This document shows, piece by piece, positions 58,444-64,000 of a stretch of DNA of 64,000 nucleotides (position 1 is its first letter; each line of letters begins with the position of its first letter). The notes beneath the pieces are model-generated. The model was not told the origin of the DNA. It searched no databases and was given only the letters and a program-made list of their open reading frames with translations. A program made the translations under genes and the position numbers. The DNA is from a bacterium. Lineage in GTDB: Bacteria > Patescibacteriota > Microgenomatia > UBA10105 > UBA927. Location of the stretch: positions 127-64,126 of the forward strand of contig JAKAFY010000007.1 in NCBI GenBank assembly GCA_021817785.1. Reading direction: 5' to 3'.

Positions 58444-58535
58444 GGAAAGGTGCCGGAGCGGCTAAACGGCCAGGTCTCGAAAACCTTGGGGGCCAGGAAT
58501 GGCCCACGGGAGTTCAAATCTCCCCCTTTCCGCCA
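58444..58535 (+). tRNA. tRNA-Ser(CGA)
   Basis: GGAAAGG/CCTTTCC acceptor, AGGT-CTCGAAA-ACCT anticodon arm, long variable arm, GCCA end. Confidence 0.93.
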
Positions 58536-58975
58536 TGGATGACGAAAAAAGGAAACGTATGATCATAACAATTTGCGGCAGCATGCAGTTTCATAAGGAG
58601 ATGGGAGACGTCCGTGACACGCTGAAAGCGCGCGGATTTACCGTGTTTGTGCCGGGAGAGCTTACTGACCTGGATCACAATGAATACTATCAGCACTCGG
58701 ACGAAGAACGGATTACCGTAAAGATAGAATACGATTTTATAAGGGAACATTTCCGAAGGATTGAACAGGCGGAAGCGATTCTCATACTAAATTATGAGAA
58801 AAAGGGAGTCCCGGGCTATATCGGCGGAAATACCTTTTTGGAGATGGGCTACGCATTCGGGCTCGGCAAGAAAATTTATCTTCTGAATCCCATACCGGAT
58901 ATGGATTACAAAACAGAAATGCATGCGATCCAGCCCGTGATCCTCAATGGCGACCTTTCGAAAATTAATTCTTAA
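58535..58975 (+). CDS. Nucleoside 2-deoxyribosyltransferase-like protein (paralog of 57963-58382)
   Basis: ITICGS, HFRRIEQAEAILILN and YIGGNTFLEMGYAF motifs. Start 58535 or 58559. Confidence 0.7.
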   Translation: MDDEKRKRMIITICGSMQFHKEMGDVRDTLKARGFTVFVPGELTDLDHNEYYQHSDEERITVKIEYDFIREHFRRIEQAEAILILNYEKKGVPGYIGGNTFLEMGYAFGLGKKIYLLNPIPDMDYKTEMHAIQPVILNGDLSKINS

Positions 58976-61044
58976 GGCTGTGTGTTCCGGCCGTCCTGTT
59001 TCTCTAGAAGGATAAGCGTTCGTTGCACCCTCCCCTTATCGTCGGTTATCACCAGTGACCCGCCGTTTATTCCTTTGAGGATAGTGTTTTTGGCCCGTTC
59101 CGCTCCTGACGTACCGTCATAGGTCGTCGTACTATACAGTCTTGAACAGCACTCAAAATAGTGAGTATTGGTGACCGCTCCCACGTCGACGACTCCGCTT
59201 CCGTAATTGACGCGGCCGTATGCGGGAGTCAACGTTACCCCGGAAAACGAGGTAAGCAGCTGTTTTTGCACTGTGTTCATCGGTGTTGGGGGAACGCCGA
59301 TCGGTACCGGCTGATCGGTCAGCGCATTTCCATGGATGCGCTGATGGAGATGGACGACGTTTATAGTGTGTTGAAATAATCCGGAAATATATGTGAGCAA
59401 TTCTGTTTCGCGGGACACGGTGATGCGCTGCGGCGTAATCCATATCATGTCGCCGGCGACATCTTCAGCGATCGGCTTTTTATCGCTGGCCAACAGTGAT
59501 CCGCGCCGCGCAGGATCAATCGTTGTTTTTAATTGACGGCCGACTCCGAACCCTGTAAATAAGAAAGACCAGTCCCAGGGAATTCTCCATCGCCCATCCT
59601 CCTTTAGTATGGGAATGTTGTGTGTTTCGGAAAACTGCCCCAGATTCCGCGTGGAATACGTTACGACGACCCGCATCGTTTGCGGTGAGACGAACCGATG
59701 CCAGGTCATGGGTTGTAGGCGGATATCGATAGATTCGATCTCCGCGTCGTTAAACGCCATAAGCGCAAACCGGTTAAATGCTACGATGCTCCATCGGGAT
59801 TTGCTGCCTGTCGTTATGTCCTGGTACATATCCTGAAAGAACATATGTTCCCAGTTGTACATAATTTGATGAGCTGTCGCCTCCGGCGTGGGAAACAGAA
59901 TCGGAACAGACGCCGTGATATTGACACAAATCAGAACACCGATCATCACAAGCGCCCAGCGCCTGGGAATGTGTGAGAGCGAATAGACGGCAAGAAGATA
60001 CAGGAGCGGAAGCAGCAAAACAAGATACCGCGTCCAAAACGGAATCACCTGGTATAAAAGCAGCGTATACCCTGCTATACATGCGATAATGATCCATTGG
60101 AAACTCCGTTGTTTGCCGCGTGCAATACGATATAATCCCATAAGGGCCGCGACGGATATGACTGTCCACGCCGGACTCCATTCCGGAGAATGTACCCAGG
60201 ATCGGTCGTAAATATTCTGATAGAAACCCGTCAAGAGATTGATGAATGCACTCCCCCAAGTTGGCACGAGATTGCTGTGCGTATAAAATGAAATAATCCA
60301 CTTTTGAGTTCGTATCCAATCGACCAATGTATGGCCGCCGATAAAATACGGTATATATGGGATAAGATACCCGACCGGAATACTTATACAATAGAGTATG
60401 GCAAGACGGATGTTTCGATATGTTTTCCAGATAGTAATGAAGCCGATGAGTATAAGTATCGGTGTTAGAATCGGAAATTTTATTCCAGAGAAACCACCGA
60501 GTACGAGTCCGGCAATTGCGGGAAGCCATCGTTTCCTTTTTCGTGCAGTAAGAAGGAGAAGAATAAACATTAAAAGAAAAAATGCCTGTAAGCTGTCGAG
60601 CATGGTACGAGGGAATTGACTGGTGATGAGCGGATCAGTGATAAAAAGCGTTGTTGCCGCGAGGGAGAGAAGTCTATTTTGTATCAGTAGCTGGCACAAC
60701 AGAAAAAACATGACAACTACAAGGCTCGTCGTAATAAATCCGTAAATATACCCGTTTCCGGTGGTAAGAATGCTTGCTCCGATAAGATATTTCCCGAGAG
60801 GGGGGACTTCTGCATTGTATCGTGTGGGGTCGTCGCCATGAATAAGTCGATACCCTTCATACAAATACAAACCGTCATCGCCGATTGTGCGAACAGAAAG
60901 AGGAAGAGCCCACTGTGAGTGTTCAAACTTATCTTTCCAATATGATGCATCAAATGAAGAAAAAAATAATGCCCGATTGCAAAACACAACCAGTGCAAGA
61001 TAGGAAAGACATACGGCAATAAATCCGCGGGTAATCCACCGCAT
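58972..61044 (-). CDS. GT-C (PMT/ArnT-like) glycosyltransferase fused to MecA_N-like and PBP-dimerisation-like domains
   Basis: EVPPLGKYLIG, MLD, GIKF and WTRY in the TM region; C-terminal KEDGRWRIPWDWS and PARRGSLLASDKKPIA. Confidence 0.7.
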   Translation of the reverse strand: MRWITRGFIAVCLSYLALVVFCNRALFFSSFDASYWKDKFEHSQWALPLSVRTIGDDGLYLYEGYRLIHGDDPTRYNAEVPPLGKYLIGASILTTGNGYIYGFITTSLVVVMFFLLCQLLIQNRLLSLAATTLFITDPLITSQFPRTMLDSLQAFFLLMFILLLLTARKRKRWLPAIAGLVLGGFSGIKFPILTPILILIGFITIWKTYRNIRLAILYCISIPVGYLIPYIPYFIGGHTLVDWIRTQKWIISFYTHSNLVPTWGSAFINLLTGFYQNIYDRSWVHSPEWSPAWTVISVAALMGLYRIARGKQRSFQWIIIACIAGYTLLLYQVIPFWTRYLVLLLPLLYLLAVYSLSHIPRRWALVMIGVLICVNITASVPILFPTPEATAHQIMYNWEHMFFQDMYQDITTGSKSRWSIVAFNRFALMAFNDAEIESIDIRLQPMTWHRFVSPQTMRVVVTYSTRNLGQFSETHNIPILKEDGRWRIPWDWSFLFTGFGVGRQLKTTIDPARRGSLLASDKKPIAEDVAGDMIWITPQRITVSRETELLTYISGLFQHTINVVHLHQRIHGNALTDQPVPIGVPPTPMNTVQKQLLTSFSGVTLTPAYGRVNYGSGVVDVGAVTNTHYFECCSRLYSTTTYDGTSGAERAKNTILKGINGGSLVITDDKGRVQRTLILLEKQDGRNTQP

Positions 61045-61183
61045 ACGTACGTTATTGTAGCAGGAAGCTCCTGTGGGCGGTATAATACGTGCTACGCATC
61101 GGTAGTTTCGGCTGAAGGCCGATCAGCCCTTGGCTGACGGTGGTAGTGCATGTCGGCAGAGCATAGACGACTATGCGTTTTAA

Positions 61184-61255
61184 GCACCAGTAGTTCAATG
61201 GATAGAATGCGGCCCTCCGAAGGCTGTGATGACAGTTCAACTCTGTCCTGGTGCA
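61184..61255 (+). tRNA. tRNA-Arg(CCG)
   Basis: GCACCAG/CTGGTGC acceptor and CGGCC-CTCCGAA-GGCTG anticodon arm. CCA not encoded. Confidence 0.93.
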
Positions 61256-61265
61256 CAGTGTGGTA

Positions 61266-61910
61266 TTATTTTTTTTCTTTATGATGTGCCACTCCCTCCG
61301 GGGTGACAACTTGTGAGTCGATAACTTTTCCTTCAGTGTTGACCGACAGGATAAGCGCCTCGCCTTTTTCAATCGAAGATTCCACACCCGGAGTTCCCTG
61401 GTCGCCAGTTTTGAGGTAATGAAGGATCATGCCAATCACCTCATCGTGAGTTACGATGGCAATAGAGCCTGATTTATGTGATTCGAGAACGCGTTTGTAT
61501 TCTGATATAACGCGTTCATATGCGTGGGCAAGGGTTTCTCCATGTATATCCGGCGTCATCGGATTATCTGCAAAAAAATTTCCTTTTACCAAACCGAGTT
61601 CGGTAGCCGGTCTGTGGTCCCATTGCGGGGTACGTGCGCCGTTAAATTGCGCATCCGGTATGACCGGCGGATGACCCGGAAATTTTTCATGGAGAAGATT
61701 GGCGGTCTGGTACGCGCGTTCATATTGGCTGGAAAAAATAAGATCCGGGTGTATGCCCTGGTTCGCAAGATTTTCTGCCAGGCGGATACTCTGGTGCATA
61801 CCATGGGTGCTGAGGGGCTCATGCGGTCCGTAGATGCAGGGAACTCCGTGTCCTACGGCTAACGAATCCACACTTCCGTGGCGGATGAGAAGCACGGTCC
61901 TTCCCTCCAT
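61266..61910 (-). CDS. Histidine phosphatase (phosphoglycerate mutase superfamily)
   Basis: LIRHG, SSQYERAYQTA, GET and IVTH motifs. Confidence 0.9.
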   Translation of the reverse strand: MEGRTVLLIRHGSVDSLAVGHGVPCIYGPHEPLSTHGMHQSIRLAENLANQGIHPDLIFSSQYERAYQTANLLHEKFPGHPPVIPDAQFNGARTPQWDHRPATELGLVKGNFFADNPMTPDIHGETLAHAYERVISEYKRVLESHKSGSIAIVTHDEVIGMILHYLKTGDQGTPGVESSIEKGEALILSVNTEGKVIDSQVVTPEGVAHHKEKK

Positions 61911-61960
61911 AATGGCTATATTATATCAAAACATATCAAGTTTTCTGGTATAATAGCCGT

Positions 61961-62554
61961 ATGGATAAAAGACAGCGGACCAACCTCATCTATGAAGCGG
62001 CAAATGTAAAGCGGATGCTCCGGACCGGGTGGCAACGATTGGGAGACAACGAAGAAGGCGTCGGGGAACATTCGTTTATGACAGCAGTCATTGCGTATCT
62101 TATAGCCCGCGAAATCAACGGCGAACAAAATGCCACACGGCACGTTTCCATGGAAAAAATTATGCTCATGAGCGTGTTCCATGATTTTCATGAGGGCCGA
62201 ACCGGAGAACTGGACAAAGTGGCCAAGCTGTATCTTACCAGATACGAGGAAAAGGCAAATCACGACATATTTAAAGGCGTGGATGATGAACTGCTGGCAC
62301 TTCTTACGGAATACGAATCCCGCCAAACGTTAGAAGCACAGGTGGTGTATGAGGCAAATGTCATCGCCTTTGGTGTGGAGTGCAAAATCCTCATGGAAAA
62401 AGGGAATACCCATGCCAAAGAATGGATGGATGCCAACTCGAAGCGCGTGCGGCTTCCGGAATCCGTGGGACTTATGGATTCCCTGGCAATCACCGATTCG
62501 CAGGATTGGTGGAAAGATATCCGAGAAGCGATCCACGAAGAGTTTGCAAAATGA
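61961..62554 (+). CDS. HD-domain hydrolase (YfbR/HDDC2-like 5'-deoxynucleotidase)
   Basis: RTGW...EGVGEHSF and FHDFHEGRTGE motifs. Confidence 0.85.
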   Translation: MDKRQRTNLIYEAANVKRMLRTGWQRLGDNEEGVGEHSFMTAVIAYLIAREINGEQNATRHVSMEKIMLMSVFHDFHEGRTGELDKVAKLYLTRYEEKANHDIFKGVDDELLALLTEYESRQTLEAQVVYEANVIAFGVECKILMEKGNTHAKEWMDANSKRVRLPESVGLMDSLAITDSQDWWKDIREAIHEEFAK

Positions 62555-63475
62555 TTACTCCCCCTGGCTAAAGAGAATAGCCGAGAGTTTTTTGGTAATC
62601 TGTCCGCTGGTTGCGATGATGACCCCGATGACGACCAAGGCGCTTCCCAATATATAGTTGACCGTAAACGCCTCTCCCAAGACCACACCATTGATGCCGA
62701 CGCCCACGACAAGTTGAAGATATTCTTTGAGAGATGCCGTAGAGGCGGATACGTGCTGTATCGCCCATTGAAACAGAAAGAACGTAATGACGGTAATGCC
62801 GATTGCCGCATAGATCATGGTGCCCAAATAGGTGGGTGTACGGAAGGCCGGAACCAAAAATGATTGATGGGTAACCAGGGCCGCGATCGCGGATCCGACG
62901 GTGCACGTAAACAAATTGATAGACGTCGAAACAATCGGTGAAAACGTCCCTTTGGAAAGGATATGCCGCGAATAGATGATATACATGGTCCAGCTCAACA
63001 GACTTCCTACCTCCAGGAGGTTGCCGGCAAGCGTCCCCCCGATGGCTTGCCCATGTACAATGATAGGCAAAAGGACAATATATAAAACACCGATAAGTCC
63101 CAGGACAATGCCAATAAGTTTTTGTCTTGACGGCGACTCATGAATCAGAAGGTACGAACACGCCGTTACGGTGATCGGTACCGCGGTGCCCAAGATAACC
63201 ATGGTGTTTGCGGTGGTGAGGGCAGCTCCCGTGTAATAAAACAAGACGTTTCCGGTGTTAAATAGCCCGAGAGGCAATAATTGCAGTAAATATCCTTTTG
63301 GTTTTTTGGCCATTACGAATAACGGGAGAAGGATAACTGACGCAATGCCAAACCGGTAAAAGGTAACCACAAATGGGTTGGTCTGCGCGACCAAAACTTT
63401 GGCAACCGAACTGGCACTTGCCCAGAGGCATGCCGCGATAATGATGGCAAGAAGCGCTTTTGTTTTTATCGTCAT
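62555..63475 (-). CDS. EamA/DMT family transporter
   Basis: About 10 TMs in two repeats; FYRFGIAS, LIHESPS and VLGEAFT. TATAAT 7 nt upstream of the ATG at 63475. Confidence 0.9.
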   Translation of the reverse strand: MTIKTKALLAIIIAACLWASASSVAKVLVAQTNPFVVTFYRFGIASVILLPLFVMAKKPKGYLLQLLPLGLFNTGNVLFYYTGAALTTANTMVILGTAVPITVTACSYLLIHESPSRQKLIGIVLGLIGVLYIVLLPIIVHGQAIGGTLAGNLLEVGSLLSWTMYIIYSRHILSKGTFSPIVSTSINLFTCTVGSAIAALVTHQSFLVPAFRTPTYLGTMIYAAIGITVITFFLFQWAIQHVSASTASLKEYLQLVVGVGINGVVLGEAFTVNYILGSALVVIGVIIATSGQITKKLSAILFSQGE

Positions 63476-63524
63476 CGGGCTCATTATAGCATCCTGACCC
63501 GCCGAAAAGATGATATAATCACAC

Positions 63525-63791
63525 ATGTGTATGTGGTACGTGTATGTGATGCGGAGTCTACGGGATAAAAAGCTCTATATTGGGAAGACGTCAGATTTGA
63601 AAACACGTTTTAAGGTGCACAACGCAGGCGGTTCGTTAGCAACCAGATCGAGAAGACCGTTTGAGTTGGTTTATTACGAAGCGTTTGGTGATAAAACTGA
63701 CTACGGGAGGGAAGAGATATTTTTAAAGTCCGGTATTGGCAGAGAATCGTTGCATCACAGACTAGGACATACGTTACATAACGGTTTCTAA
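63525..63791 (+). CDS. Small stand-alone GIY-YIG nuclease
   Basis: WYVYVMRS..DKKLYIGKTSDLKTRFKVHN, RRPFELVYYE and FLKSGIGR motifs. Confidence 0.92.
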   Translation: MCMWYVYVMRSLRDKKLYIGKTSDLKTRFKVHNAGGSLATRSRRPFELVYYEAFGDKTDYGREEIFLKSGIGRESLHHRLGHTLHNGF

Positions 63792-63865
63792 TAGTTGGTC
63801 GCCTCTGACGGCGACCCACCCTATCGGTGGGTCGAATCGAATATGGCGACCCGCCTTTAGAGGCG

Positions 63866-63948
63866 GGAGGAGTGGCCCAGCGGCTACGGCATACGCTTGG
63901 AAAGCGTACGGGAGTAATCCCTCGCAGGTTCGAGTCCTGTCTCCTCCG
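63866..63948 (+). tRNA. tRNA-Ser(GGA)
   Basis: GGAGGAG/CTCCTCC acceptor, TACGC-TTGGAAA-GCGTA anticodon arm, long variable arm, G73. Confidence 0.95.
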
Positions 63949-64000
63949 CACTTCGACAAGCTCAGTACCTCTCGTGGGTACTATATGAACTGGTATACCT

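Noticed and set aside
59774-60529. 251-aa alternative-frame ORF within the GT-C fusion gene
   Set aside because: It is a same-strand frame shadow with no recognisable motifs, and the main frame is uninterrupted.
1-64000. CRISPR array or cas genes
   Set aside because: No repeat-spacer periodicity and no Cas motifs were seen; the repeats found are 7-9-bp tandems or palindromes.
1-64000. Alternative genetic code (TGA=Gly, as in Gracilibacteria/Absconditabacteria)
   Set aside because: Conserved genes are full length under code 11, and several end in TGA with ATGA coupling.

Overview
This is a chromosomal, origin-proximal window from a Patescibacteria (CPR) genome, most likely Microgenomates. 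That assignment is inferred from gene content and style, and the code looks standard because TGA is used as a stop. From left to right: (1) a surface-glycosylation region at 1-16.7 kb (O-antigen-ligase-like proteins, GT4s, AsnB, GT-C transferases, epimerase, an Alg14/Alg13-like pair, and a plant-RGP-like GT75); (2) dnaA-oriC-dnaN; (3) a relaxase-free T4SS-like locus (M23 peptidase, VirB4-like, PrgI, VirD4-like, VirB6-like, eight VirB2/TrbC-like pilins); (4) inside that pilin array, an ECF-sigma-headed mevalonate-to-UppS operon; (5) smpB and a tmRNA with a 39-codon tag; (6) a 9-kb zone holding five tRNA-Ser genes (including a rare ACT anticodon) and two tRNA-Arg genes (GCG, CCG), interleaved with three small GIY-YIG nucleases, an HTH/LAGLIDADG-like gene and nucleotide-salvage enzymes. 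The best candidates for undescribed biology are: stable-RNA-linked GIY-YIG nucleases flanked by structured palindromes, with a short palindrome also found in-frame inside a protein gene; ORFs whose ATG abuts a tRNA 3' end in a genome rich in apparently leaderless genes; the very long tmRNA tag; and tRNA-Ser(ACT). No CRISPR array, rRNA, integrase or transposase was seen. All calls come from reading motifs by eye; no database search was run.
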